This document shows, in pieces, positions 21,114 to 33,710 of a DNA stretch of 64,000 nucleotides. Made by a program: the position numbers and the translations under genes. The notes below the pieces were generated by a model that worked only from the letters and a program-made list of their open reading frames with translations, was not told where the DNA came from and made no database searches. The stretch's first letter is position 1. The number at the start of each line of letters is the position of its first letter. Source of the stretch: Podarcis vaucheri (Eukaryota); NCBI GenBank assembly GCA_965113315.1, contig OZ220367.1; one strand, given 5' to 3'.

Positions 21114-21760
21114 CGATGAGGGACCCCACATACCAACAAATGCCACATTTATTTGAAAGCAGAATCTTCCGTTTCGGTGGTGGGCAGAACAAGGAAGAAG
21201 CAGGCAAGGTGTGCTGGTCCAGGGGGGAGGTTACCGTGGGGCGAGGTCCAGGACCTGAGTCGAGGGTCGGCAGACAGTCCTCCACGGGCGAAGCGGGGTC
21301 CACAGCGAGGAGCCGGGCAAGGACAGGAACTCTGGGGGAACCGGACTGGGTGCTGGCTGAAACAGCTCTTCAACGACGTTGCTCCCGCAACTGGCCTTTA
21401 TCTTCTCTGAGGCCAGGGGCGGTCCCAGCCCCCAGGAGACCCGCCCTCCTGGCCTTAAGGCGAGCACTCCTCCTGGGAGAAACCAGTTCCCTCCGCCTCT
21501 CTGCCCTGAGCCTCTGCAGTTCAGGAGAGGCTGAAGGGTTACTGGACCCGGGGGGAGACTCACCTGTAGGCACTGAGTCTTCAACCACCTCCGGAGCCAG
21601 AGTGGATTCACCTGGTGCCTGCGCCTGAGGATCCGGCACAGGTGCAGGCACTTCAGAATCAAGGCCCTGCCCCAGTTCAGCCAGCCCTGGAGGCGGGGAC
21701 TCCTGTGCAGGCTGGGATTCCTCCAGTTCAGCCTCTGAATCGGATTCCCAGGAGATCACA
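21114..21760 (-). mobile_element. Probable Gypsy-type solo LTR containing an open reading frame
   Basis: Minus strand begins TGTGATCTCC, has AATAAA about 30 nt from the far end (21148-21153) and ends ..CCCTCATCG; GC/CpG-rich island in AT-rich flanks; ORF 21370-21759. No TSD seen. Confidence 0.6.
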
Positions 21761-23212
21761 CAAGGGATTTCCTGAGATCAAGGCCTGTCCCATAGTTTTT
21801 CCTTTGGGCCAAGTAATAACTGAATGGAGCATTGGCAAGTCACACTCTTTCAACTACCCACCTAAAATTAGAATAATAGTGAGTTACCTCACAGGGTTGC
21901 TGTAATATGCTGCCCAGTATGAGGCCATTTTATGCCCTCCTTTGATGGAGGTGTGAGGCTCTGGCATGGTCTTAAGAGCCCTCTCCAGCCTCCTTGCAAA
22001 AGCCAGAAGAGCTTGCCCAGCTTTGGGAAGAAGATAGGAGGACTATAGGACCCTGTCAGAGCACCCTCATGCCTCCTTCCCGAAGCGTTGGCTGCACACA
22101 CTGCCCAAATTCCGCCTCTGATGAGTAGTAGCTTTTAGAGTAAGTGAATCAAACAGGAAACACTGGATTTTGTAGCCCCCATGCAGAAGATCAGCCACAA
22201 CTACAACACTGCCACGTGTACAGAACTCCAAAGTTCTCAAAATATTCTGTTTTTGCAGCAACATTTCACTAAAGATTAGCTCCATTACTACCTTGGTATA
22301 CAGTGTTTTGAGATATCTAACAGCAGAATAAAAACCACATCCTGCACCCAGGAGAGGCAGAACGGGTTTATGTGAAACAAGCACAGCTCTAACAGGCTTT
22401 GTTGATGGTATTCACTGAAGTGTTTTCGTTTTGTTGAATGATAATGGTTAAATAACCACAAAACTCATTCTCCCAGTGCCAATCTGCGCACGAGGAAAAG
22501 ATCGACAATAGAAGTTCCAAGGTTTGCACAAGTACAATTTTAAAACAAGCAAACACTCCAGTGAACACTGAAAATGATTTGTGGCCACAGAATGCGGAAT
22601 GTGTGTTGAGAGAAAAACGGAAGTGGGTGAAATGGAGTATGCCATAAAAGGGCACAGCTGGCTTGTCAGGCAATGCTTTGTTAAAAGTCCCAATGGCATG
22701 TGTGGGTTAGGTAAAACCCTAAACACATCCAATGAAGATGTAGTTGGTTTTTTAAAAAACCACAACAACCAGTTGGTATCTGAATTTATTATAAATTCTT
22801 TTTATACTTGGAATTGCCTTGTAAAACCATGTCAAGATACTTCATGGGAAGTGATTCATATGTTCTGCTGAAAGAGATCCTTATCTTTTTACTGTCTCAT
22901 GTTCCAGTGAAAAATGAAAGGTACCAAACTGACCACAGAAGGCAGGAAACACTCAGTTTTGTGCTTCCTTTGGTTTGGTGTTCCTTGATATTCACCCTAA
23001 TGTTCTACCTTGTATTTCCTTGCTTTTGACGTTCAAATAACCTAGCCATATTCCTTCATTTGACATTTACAGGGGATCCTTTTGTCATCGTTGTCACTGG
23101 ACCCTTTCTTAGGACAGGAATTTGATTTTCCTTAATGCTATAATTTGGAAAATTCACATATTGCTGGGTACTTTTGTTCTGTAGCTCTGGGTCCTCTTTG
23201 GGGTGACAAGAT

Positions 23213-24157
23213 CATAGAATCATAGAGTTGGAATAGACCACAAGGGCCATCGAGTCCAACCCCCTGCCAAGCAGGAAACACCATCAGAGCACTCCTGACA
23301 TATGGTTGTCAAGCCTCTGCTTAAAGACCTCCAAAGTAGGAGACTCCACCACACTCCTTGGCAGCAAATTCCACTGTCGAACAGCTCTTACTGTCAGGAA
23401 GTTCTTCCTAATGTTTAGGTGGAATCTTCTTTCTTGTAGTTTGGATCCATTGCTCCGTGTCCGCTTCTCTGAAGCAGCAGAAAACAACCTTTCTCCCTCC
23501 TCTATGTGACATCCTTTTATATATTTGAACATGGCTATCATATCACCCCTTAACCTCCTCTTCTCCAGGCTAAACATGCCCAGCTCCCTTAGCCGTTCCT
23601 CATAAGGCATCGTTTCCAGGCCTTTGACCATTTTGGTTACCCTCCTCTGGACACGTTCCAGTTTGTCAGTGTCCTTCTTGAACTGTGGTGCCCAGAACTG
23701 GACACAGTACTCCAGGTGAGGTCTGACCAGAGCAGAATACAGTGGCACTATTACTTCCCTTGATCTAGATGCTATACTCCTATTGATGCAGCCCAGAATT
23801 GCATTGGCTTTTTTAGCTGCCGCGTCACACTGTTGGCTCATGTCAAGTTTGTGGTCAACCAAGACTCCTAGATCCTTTTCACATGTACTGCTTTCAAGCC
23901 AGGTGTCCCCCATCTTGTATTTGTGCCTCTCATTTTTTTTGCCCAAGTGCAATACTTTACATTTCTCCCTGTTAAAATTCATCTTGTTTGTTTTTGCCCA
24001 GTTCTCTAATCTGTCAAGGTCGTTTTGAAGTGTGATCCTGTCCTCTGGGGTGTTAGCCACCCCTCCCAGTTTGGTGTCATCTGCAAATTTGATCAGGATG
24101 CCCTTGAGTCCTTCATCCAAGTCGTTGATAAAGATGTTGAATAAGACCGGGCCCAAG
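23213..24157 (-). mobile_element. Young 5'-truncated CR1 LINE (RT C-terminal part of ORF2)
   Basis: Uninterrupted 290-aa frame with [34 protein letters not shown]; (ATTCTATG)n tail; CAAGAT flanking duplication. Confidence 0.95.
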
Positions 24158-24570
24158 ATGAGTGGGGGGAGGACATGGTCTCCTTTGACCAGATAGAAAA
24201 ATTTGGATGGTACAGGAAATTATCTCAAGACAATAGTCTGAATCTGTACTGGAACATTTTTTTTTAAAAAAACCTGTTCTTATATTTGTAATTGTTTTTT
24301 AATGTTTGTGTTGTATCTAAATGTGGAATTTTTAATTGTTTTATATAATGAACTGTTTTTAAAAATATTTTACAGTTTTCTTGCTTTATGGTTTACACTG
24401 TTTTGTTTTATGATTGCATACTTTATTGTGTGCAACCCGCTTTGGGACCTTATGGTAAAGGGCAGGAAAGGAATATATTGAACAAATACAATAAATTTAA
24501 CTTTTCAATTTACTAATTTCAGTGTGTTATTAACACACACACACACACACACGGAGGAGTTCTCATACAC

Positions 24571-24704
24571 CAGTGTTTCTCAAACTTGGGTCTCCAGCTT
24601 TTTGGACAACAACTACCACCATCCCTAGCTAGCAAGACACGTGGTCAGGGATGATGGAAACTGTAGTCTAAAAAACAGCTGGAGACCCAGGTTTGGGAAA
24701 GCTG
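24571..24704. mobile_element. Palindromic hAT-type MITE
   Basis: Inverted arms CAGTGTTTCTCAAACTTGGGTCTCCAGCT / AGCTGGAGACCCAGGTTTGGGAAAGCTG; 7/8 TSD TCATACAC / TTATACAC. Confidence 0.8.
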
Positions 24705-24988
24705 TTATACACAACACAATTGAAAGAACACCTGCAGTGTCTGAAGCTTAGCACCATTGAGAGTCTATTTTAAATAGGGGAAGGAGCTAATCAGAATCTG
24801 GAGAGTGGGAGGTGTTTTTTGGGGGTTGTTTTTTTAAAAGCCTTTTACTCAAGCAGCACAATCCTACAAAAAATAAAAATAAAAACGCTCTCCTCCCTCA
24901 AACAGCTGCTATAGAAGTGGAAAAATTAAAACACATTCATACACTTAAAACACACCACACCACATCACTAAAACCACACACAAAATAT

Positions 24989-24989
<1 letters not shown>

Positions 24990-25029
<40 letters not shown>
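24990..25029. repeat. (AC)n microsatellite
   Basis: About 19 AC units; a shorter array lies at 24533-24552. Confidence 0.95.
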
Positions 25030-25032
<3 letters not shown>

Positions 25033-25202
25033 AGAGATACACTGAACATGGACAGAATCACAGAGGGGAGACTTTCATCCTCATCTTGACATATTGGGCA
25101 GGGGGGGGTTAACTCACCCTTCCATATACATGCCACACTGGATCCATGGGGATCAGCTGGGGAGCAGGGAAGTGCTGCTTTTCTTCCTGTTTGTGTTATG
25201 CT

Positions 25203-25520
25203 AGGTAAAGGTAAAGGGACCCCTGACTGTTAGGTCCAGTCACGGACGACTCTGGGGTTGCGGTGCTCATCTCGCTTTACTGGCTGAGGGAGCCAGTGTT
25301 TGTCCGCAGACAGCTTCCGAGTCATGTGGCCAGCATGACTAAGCCACTTCTGGTGAAACCAGAGCAGTGCACGGAAACGCCATTTACCTTCCCGTCGGAG
25401 TGGTACCTATTTATCTACTTGCACTTTGATGTGCTTTCGACCAGCTAGATTGGCAGGAGCTGGGACCAAGCAACGGGAGCTCACCCTATCGGCTCAGTGG
25501 TTTAGACCACAGCGCCACCC
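25203..25520 (-). mobile_element. Sauria SINE with internal deletion near the head
   Basis: Similar to the other copies; the B-box segment is missing. Confidence 0.85.
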
Positions 25521-25814
25521 ACTGGGTAGGGAAAGTTAAATATTGCCCCCTCTTGCACTAGGATAGGGGTGAAAATTGGTCCATCCCGGCTTCTTGGTGG
25601 GGAGATTGTCAGGGTCTGGCTCATGGAACTGGTGGGCCACATTAGGCCCAGAGCCGCCAAGGTTTCCTCATGCTTGATCTAGTCCATGAAAGGGTGTGCC
25701 ACAACAGATCTGTTAACAGGCTAACCTATGCATGGACATTCAGCAGTTAAGTCCCAATGAGCTCCAAGGGGCTTACTCCCAGGTAAGCATGCATACTAGT
25801 GCAGCCTTACTCCT

Positions 25815-25961
25815 TCAGAAGGTGGTGGGCTCTCCTTCCTTGGAGCTTTTAAAGCAGAGGTTGGATGGCCATCTGCTGTGGTCACTTTAGATTCCCGCAT
25901 TGTAGGGGGTTGGACTAGATGACCCATGAGGTCCCACCCACCACTACTATGATTCTATGAT
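25815..25961 (+). mobile_element. Old CR1 3' end
   Basis: GTGGGCTCTCCTTCCTTGGAG..GGGTTGGACTAGATGACC..ATGATTCTATGA tail. Confidence 0.8.
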
Positions 25962-26249
25962 ACAAGACAAAACTTGGCAGCGTTTCACGATTCCAAGGCT
26001 GTCCTCATCTGAAAACTAAGAAACTAGTCCCTGGTGTGTTACTTAGAAAAGACGCCAGGGGTCTGAGCTCCTACGTGGGGGTGGTGAAAGGTCGGGGTAA
26101 GTGGTGAGAAGATTTCTGGAACGGGAAGCCAAAAGCCTTTCGTAAACAGGAGTGTAAATCTCTTAATCTTCCCTGGGGCTGTTTTTTGTCCTCAGGATTT
26201 CCACACGCGGGAGAGGCCTGTCTACGAACAACAACAACAATGCCCCGCT

Positions 26250-27400
26250 CGCTCCTTCTGCCGCGCTCTTCTCCCCGATGGCTCGTTGGGCTGGAAGGGG
26301 GCTTTTCCTGCCCTAAGCTGGGCTGCGCAGCAGTTGCCCCCAGCCAAACTTCACCCAGCGATCGCCAGAGGCCCCGGCAGCCCGCCAAGGGCTTCCAAAC
26401 CTCCCTTGCGCAAAACCAGAATCAGCCGGTGCCTCGCACACATGGGCAGAGCGCGCCGACTTGCAAGCAGCCAGAGATGGGCCGGCGGTGCAGGGAGTTG
26501 GTGGAGGAAGATCACGCCGAGGCGAAGTGCCCTGGGGACAGAAGGGCAACGCTCGGGGGTCGAGGCCGGCGGGGGCATTAAGCCCCCACCCACTCCCGAC
26601 CCCGCTTCCCTGCGTCCCTCCCCCGACACGGGCGAGGAGAGCTCCGGGCGGGCGTCTTGCCGAAGATGCCACTCCAGACTGCAGCAGTCCCGGGGACTCC
26701 GCCGCGGGAAGCAGCAGCAGCGGATCCGCCGCGCTCGAGAGGCGCCCGGGAGTAAGCGCGGCTCCCTCCGGGGTGAGTGGGTGGGTGGGTGTGCCAGCCA
26801 GGCCTGCCCTCGAGGCTGGGCACCGGAGCCTGGGCGGCCTCGGGCAAGCGGGGAGGCATGCATGGCGCGCCAGGCAGGCGGGCAGGCTCCGCACGCAGCG
26901 GCCGCGAAGCTTTGTCTGCTCCCGGCAGGAAGGTTTCCCGCTGCTCCCGCAGCCGCCGTGAGGTAACTCGCGGTCAGTCGCCTTGTGGCCTCGCCGCCGC
27001 GCGCGGTTCCTTCCCTGCTCCGCGCGGGGCTCCTCATTTCGCGCTTTTTACGCGGCCCGCTCCCCACAACTCCGGCCAGGTTTCTGCTCGCGGGGAGCCA
27101 CTGAGGAAGGCGCCGGAAGCGAGAGCCGCCACCTGAACGTGCCATTGACTACCATGAAGCCACTGACTACCCCCTCGCCTTACGCTTGGGAAAATACTGT
27201 CCCCCAAAACGTGTTCTTCTTGTGTCTGAGGCGGAAACCAGGGGAGGGGTTTTCCATCCCTTTTTTATTATTTAGCACTGCCCTTCTCCGCCTGGGTGCG
27301 GAACTTTTTTTCTCTCGAGGGCCACAATCCTTGTGTTCGGGGTCGGAGGCGCATGTTTTTTGGAGGGCAGCGGAGGAGCTAGCGCTGTGGGCGTGGCTAG
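26250..27400 (+). promoter_or_regulatory. SLC16A14: CpG island: promoter and first exon(s) of SLC16A14
   Basis: Sharp GC/CpG enrichment about 4.6 kb upstream of the first coding exon; GC boxes, ETS site CCGGAAG near 27113; plus-strand splice donors at 26752 (GTAAGC), 26773 (GTGAGT) and 26963 (GTAACT). Confidence 0.8.
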
Positions 27401-28454
27401 GGCAAAAGTGGGAGGGGCCACCCCTTGCCTCTCAACCCCACCATTTCCCCTTGTGTTTGTGACACCCCATTTCTCTCTCTCCCTCTCCCTCCATGCCTGG
27501 TTCCGCCAGATAGCCTTAACTTGCAAAGAGTTTTCGAAATTAGGCTGCGGGGGCTGCATGCCGTGGAAGTGTACAACCTGATCACTAACTCTGCAGTCCT
27601 AAACCTGGCTACTCAGATGTAAGATCCATCGAGTTGCGTGGGACTTTCTCCCAGGTAAGCAGGTGTAGGTACCTTAAGGCGCCATGCAGGACACAGCCTG
27701 CCAATTCACATGCTGCAGCCTGTGGTTTATTTTGAGATATTAAGCATGATAATCTGTTACGAGACTGGCTGTTGCCAAGTAAATGAACACAAGAGTACCT
27801 CTTGCAGACAAGAGACTTAAGTGGTGCGTAGTCTTGGAGTGAAGAGGCGCTTGCCAAGTATTTATTTTGAAATTTTATATGCCTCTTTTCAGAGCTAAGT
27901 GCTCTGGAGAAGATTTATATAAGTCATAACATCAACGACACTGCAGTATAAAACTACAATTTTAAAAGTAACTTGCCATAAGTAACCCTATTTCTACCTC
28001 TGAATGTTGGAGGACATGCAGTACTTTTTCATTTAAGGCAGCTAACAGGTGGCAATACTGATACAGGCCTGTATCCACATTTACACAAAACACCCCTGAG
28101 GGTTCAATGTGGTTTTTTACTTAGTAAATGTGTTTAGCATATACACATATACCTGGGAGTCAGTCCACTTGAACTCAATTAGTAGACATGCATAGGATTG
28201 CATGACTGGAGAGCAAAACCCCTTGAATTCGGTGGGATTTTCTTCTGAGCAGACGTGCTTGGGCAAGGCAAAAATAGATGGGTTGAGAACCAAGCAGGAC
28301 TTTTGCAGGTGGGATGGAGAGAGAATCCTGCCTGTTCCTAAATAATTTCCCTTTATAAAGCAAAAACTTACGTCCAAGAAAGCATGCTTAGGATCACAGT
28401 CCAGTCTTCATTCACGATGACCGGTCACCAGATTTTATAAAACGAAGTTTGATT

Positions 28455-28678
28455 ATAGTAATAGTAATAATAATAATAATAATAATAATTTATTATTTAT
28501 ACCCCGCCCATCTGGCTGGGCTTCCCCAGCCACTCTGGGCGGCTTCCAAAAGAATATTAAAATACTATAATACATCAAACATTAAAAGCTTCCCGAAACA
28601 GGGCTGCCTTCAGATGTCTTCTGAAAGCCTGGTAGTTGTTGTTCTCTTTGACATCTGGTGGGAGGGTGTTCCACAGGG
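28455..28678 (-). mobile_element. L2 3' end with (ATT)n tail
   Basis: Near-identical to 2714-2960. Confidence 0.85.
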
Positions 28679-30562
28679 AATAGTAGTTTAAATGAAACAA
28701 ACCCCATGGCGATCATGTATGTGATACATTGGCTTTAGTAGGAAGGTGCTCAGCAGGACCATTTTACACATGATCTATGAACCCCATATTAGCTGTGCCC
28801 GTGTGAGAAGCAGAGGGAAAGAAGTAGAGGGAAGAGGCACATTTCAGCATTCTCCTGAGGATAATGGTTTGATACTGGCTTATTCCTATGCGGAAGGCAA
28901 TTTTGTAGGAATTACTATAACACACATGGGGAGGATGATAGGAGTGGGGCTTCTGCTGCGCCTACCCATGCATAAACATACTGTACAGCAAAGCAGGTCT
29001 ACAAAATATTAACAGCCTATGAGCAGATTGCTCATTTCTGTCCATGCCAGAAATGCCTTTGGCACAGGAAATTAGTTATGTTTTAAGAGATAGGAAAAAT
29101 CATGGAACACAATGCCCCTGAGTTCTGAGTTACACACGTACCAATATTCAGCAGCCCAGAGTTGATGGAAACACTTCTATCTTTTGCTACGGATATGGCA
29201 GTAACTAGGAACTACCACATAAATTATGTCTTTGTTGTTTAAGTCTCATATATATATGTGTGAGAGAGAGAAAGAGAGAGAAGCCCTAGATATTATGCTT
29301 TGATGTGCTGTTTAAAAAGCATATTGGTCACATACAGCAATTATGCTTTAATCGTTGCTCCTTTTTCTTTTTAAAAAAAGTATCTCAGGACATGTCTTAT
29401 GCTTTCAAAAACAGAAATGAAAATTCTCGTGTTTTTATGTAAGGGTTGCGATTGCAGACTTTTATAAATGGGCAGGCTTGCAAACACATTAGAAGTGATT
29501 TTCTCAGATTTGATATTTGGCTTAAACCATCAAGAGCAAGACAGAATACTGGATGGAGGATCATCTGGGAGGGGTGGGTGGGGAGCTGGAATAATTAGTA
29601 TCATTCATGTGACAAACAAGAGGACAGTAGTGGCCTGTAGAGCTCTGGCCAGTTTGCCTCTCTGGCACAGCTCTCTTGTGCAGCCTTAGGAAAATCCTTT
29701 AAACTGCTTCTTCTTCTTTTTCAAAGCACCATGTATTGAATATGTGCAACTTAATATAGCTTTCAAAGGGCCCAGATTTACAGACATTCTAAGCATTTTA
29801 TGCTCCATGGATATCTAGCCAAATCAAGAACTGCTGTTTATTTGCTGGTTAAATACATTTTTATTTCACCCAGGACCTCAGGATGCCACACACGTCCTCC
29901 TCCTTTTATCCTCACAATCCTGTGAGTCAGATTAGGATGCAACATAGCGATTAACCAAGATGACCCAGTGAATGAACCTCATATCTAAGCAGGGACATAA
30001 CAAATTTCTAAATGGCAGTAGGAGACCTTCCTATGCAGTAAGTCTGAGGGTAGGTCTAACTCTGGGTGGTCCTACACATGGCCTGAGGGCTCCATGTGGC
30101 CCTCAAGTTCTTTTTTGGTGGCTTCTGCAACCAAGCGTGTGGCCCGCAGATTCCGTGTCAAAATGCTCTTGCCGCCCACTTGATAGGAAAAGTTGGCCTG
30201 CCCTGGTCTAACTGAACTATGGGACTTATCAATAAACATGCATTAAATCACACTGTTAACGAGTTGGGCCCTAAAATGTAAATAATCTAAACAGAGTTGC
30301 AGCTAATAAAATGTTGGGCTTATCTTCGCTTTACTTCAATCTCCCCATCTGCGAAACTGGCACATTCCTGTTGTGATTTTAGTAAGGAATGAACTACACG
30401 TTATGTGTAGTTGTGTTATTCCTTTATACAACGAAGCTGCAGGTGCTTCAATTTGAAATGAAACACCAATAAGGAAGGAAGAAGTGTGTGGGGAGGGGGA
30501 TGGAACCTCCCTTTTACCTCGTGCTGTTTTTCTACTGAAAATTGCAAGCCTCTGAACTGCTC

Positions 30563-30563
<1 letters not shown>

Positions 30564-30609
<46 letters not shown>

Positions 30610-30665
30610 TTATTTATACCCCGCCCATCTGGCTGAGTTTCCCCACCCACTCTGGGTGGCTCCCA
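30564..30665 (-). mobile_element. L2 extreme 3' end with (ATT)n tail
   Basis: (AAT)n followed by TTTATACCCCGCCCATCTGGCTG. Confidence 0.85.
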
Positions 30666-31586
30666 ATCTTAACGCCACTAGGAAAAAGGTATTTTGGACA
30701 AAATTTGTGGGAGGAAATAATGTCTTTCCCAGAGCAAAGACGACCTAATAGGGTTATTCGGAAGACAGTATCAATTATGGAAAGAACTTTTTACACTAGG
30801 AGAGCAAATGCTAATGTATTCTGGAATCCCAGTTATTATGTCAGTGTAGCATTTCGGACTTGCTGGCCTTGTTTGATTAAGAGCAAACAGCAGTCACTGA
30901 TGTTTGGCGTTGCTGCTCTAAGGATGGTCTGCGGCTTTTCCGGCAGCCAGCTTGCTGCATGACACTTAGTTGTGTGGAGTAATCTGTGAGTGAATGGAAG
31001 AGACAAGGCTGGGTCAAGGCTGCTCTGAGTCAGCAGTGAGGTGAGGGCCAGTGTCCTATCCTAGTTCTGGGCAGCTGATGGCGTGTGCAGAGTTTTGACA
31101 AACAACCTTTCCTTTTTCTGAGTGTGTTTGCAGTGCAGATATCCAAAGATAAAAATACGTTGCGGGTAACAGTGTGAAAACATTTTGCGGCCAAAATATC
31201 TGTCCCTACAAGGGCACGGTTAAGTATTTCAAATCCTACAGCTGTGGCTGGGTGTTGAAAATCAGCTTCCAATTCATGTCACTTTGGCTGCCTACAGGTG
31301 ACTTGGAGAGGAGCTGAAATTTCTCAGAGTACATTTTCCTGAGATTTTTCTTTTTCTCATCCTCCCTCTAGGAAAAATTGAGGCCATTTTTTTGTGGGTG
31401 GCGGCGGCTGCCATTTCCACCCTCCTGAAGTTCCAGGGTCTTGCGGAGGATGCAAAATGGTGGCCGAGCTGCCAACAAACCAGTTTAATTTGAGTTGATG
31501 AATAAAGCACCAAAGAAACTAAAATAAAAAGACAACCCGAAGCCTGTGAAAACATTTTCTGTTTGTTTCAGGATACTCAGTGGAAA

Positions 31587-31848
31587 ATGTACGCCAGTCG
31601 CGAAGATGTTGGCTATGATTTTGAAGAGGATTCCAAAGACAGGGAGAAGAAGCTTATGGTGAATCCAGATGTTGATGGTGGATGGGCTTGGATGATTGTC
31701 CTTTCTTCTTTCCTGGTGCACATACTCATCATGGGATCACAAATGGCCCTTGGTGTTCTCAACATGGAATGGCTTGACGAATTCAGCCAAAGTCGAGGCC
31801 TGACAGCGTGGGTCAGCTCCCTTACTATGGGTATAACCTTGATTGTAG
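31587..31848 (+). CDS. SLC16A14: SLC16A14 (monocarboxylate transporter 14), coding exon 1 of 4
   Basis: MYASREDVGYDFEE..PDVDGGWAWMIVLSSFLVHILIMGSQMALGVLN, the MCT DGGWxW signature; acceptor at 31570-31571, donor GT at 31849; 262 nt, phase 1. Confidence 0.97.
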
Positions 31849-32210
31849 GTAGGTTCATAAGCCATTCTAGAAGAAATGGATATGCTCAAGATCAGTTCCC
31901 ACAGAGATAGATACATTTATGGATCAAAATATTTAGCAACAGTCCCTTATAAAATATGATACTGTTTGCCTGTTTCCATTTTTCTGTAATCTCTGCCTGT
32001 CATGAGTCATGTTGTCTCAGTTTCATATATTGATTAGAAATAAGTGCCTAGATCTTTGAGAACCGATGTTCAGTACTTAACAGTTTTGAACAGGTGGCCT
32101 AATATTTACTGATCTTATTGCTGGTAATCAGTGGTTTCAGTGTGGTTATCCTCGGGAAGAGAATAAACAAAGCTTTAGGAAAACAATCCATTCTTCATGT
32201 TTTGGCACAG

Positions 32211-32354
32211 GTCCTTTTATTGGTTTGTTCATTAACACCTGCGGTTGCCGGAAGACAGCAATAGCTGGAGGGATCTTGACTGCTGTAGGATGGATACTGA
32301 GTTCCTATGCCTCAAATGTACATTACCTCTTTATAACGTTTGGGGTTACAGCTG
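32211..32354 (+). CDS. SLC16A14: SLC16A14 coding exon 2 of 4
   Basis: CAG|GT CCT TTT..: GPFIGLFINTCGCRKTAIAGGILTAVGWILSSYASNVHYLFITFGVTAG; 144 nt; donor GTAAGC. Not in the ORF track. Confidence 0.97.
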
Positions 32355-33710
32355 GTAAGCATGCTTTAGTTTTTGAATATGCTTTCGGATTTTCATTGTA
32401 GTAACTGAATGCTAAAATAAACAAGCCTGAGTTTGCAAAGAGGCAGTCACCCTGACCTACAATCCCTTCTAAGCACAGTAACTCCACCACAAACATGTTC
32501 CTCAGCCTGTACGAGTATTCATGCATGTCAAGTGCACATGAGAAGATACATCACATGTTGGAGGTCAAAAGTGACACGTATGCAGCATCTACATAAGCAC
32601 TTCAGATCACCTGCATAGATACCTTAATTCAGGTGATGCATGGTATTTCAGATTAGCTGGAAAGCCACAACCAACCTAAATATTGAATGTCTATATTTTG
32701 TTTCACAGCAAATCATACGCCCCTGTCACACTTCTTGGGCAAATGCCCAAGTTGCACTTGTTGCTGCTGATGTGAAATGGCAAGTTTGTTTGTTTGTTTA
32801 TGCGCCTCCCATATAAAACATTTCTAGGGTGGTTTGCAAAATATTTAAAAGCAGAAGATGCAATTACAATAACACAACAATAAAACATGCAGTTTACCCA
32901 TAGCTCTTGGACATGCTTTAAGATTCCAACGTTCCCCTTTGCCCTTCCAAACTAAAAGTACAATGGTAATTTGAAGGTGTGATGCAAGCATGTTTCCCCC
33001 CTCCAATGTCCTTTTTTCAACCATGCAGGCAAGGCAGCACTAAGATTAATAGTTAAATAAGACCAGTATAACTGAATGGCTGCATTTGCATGCCACAGTA
33101 AGCTATAAACCATCTGTTATTGTGCATCAGCAAATCACTCCCACTTCTATCCTCTCTACTACTTCCTGCTAGTGCGCAGAGGGGGGAAACGACAATCCCT
33201 AGCTGAGCATTGTGTCTGAAACAGGGATCATGATTTGTTTCACCCCAACCCACAAAGATCAACCAAGATTTCTTCTTGGCTTACCAATTGTGGTTTGCTT
33301 GAGTACTGGTTTGGACATAATACTAAGCCGGGGATCATGGTTTCTTTTCTTTGCACACTAAGAGCATGATTTGCTCATGCACAGTAAGTCATGGCTTATG
33401 GCTTGCTATGATGTGCAAATGTGTTGAGCATTTGACAAAATCCCTTTGCTGGAAACATACACCGGTTATTTCGTGTACAGAATGCCATATGAAGAATACA
33501 GCACTGTGGAACATAAAATGCTTGGTGTTCCTTTCAGAAGCAATGAAATGAATGTACAAAGCTTAGTGCATCAGCCTAAAGCAGGGGTTCCCAAACTGGT
33601 CTGCAGACTACCACTGGTCCGCAAGCTTTACTCAGGTGGTCCATGGCACGTCTGGGAAGAATGGTGGAAGCAGTGGCTGTGAATGGCAGGCACAATTATT
33701 ATTATTATTA

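Noticed and set aside
20888-21628. 246-aa plus-strand ORF
   Set aside because: Crosses unrelated repeat fragments and is antisense to the GC-rich LTR; no protein features.
26071-27622. Many overlapping 100-260 aa ORFs on both strands
   Set aside because: Stop-poor GC-rich CpG island; products are low-complexity Ala/Arg/Gly/Pro with no recognisable domain.
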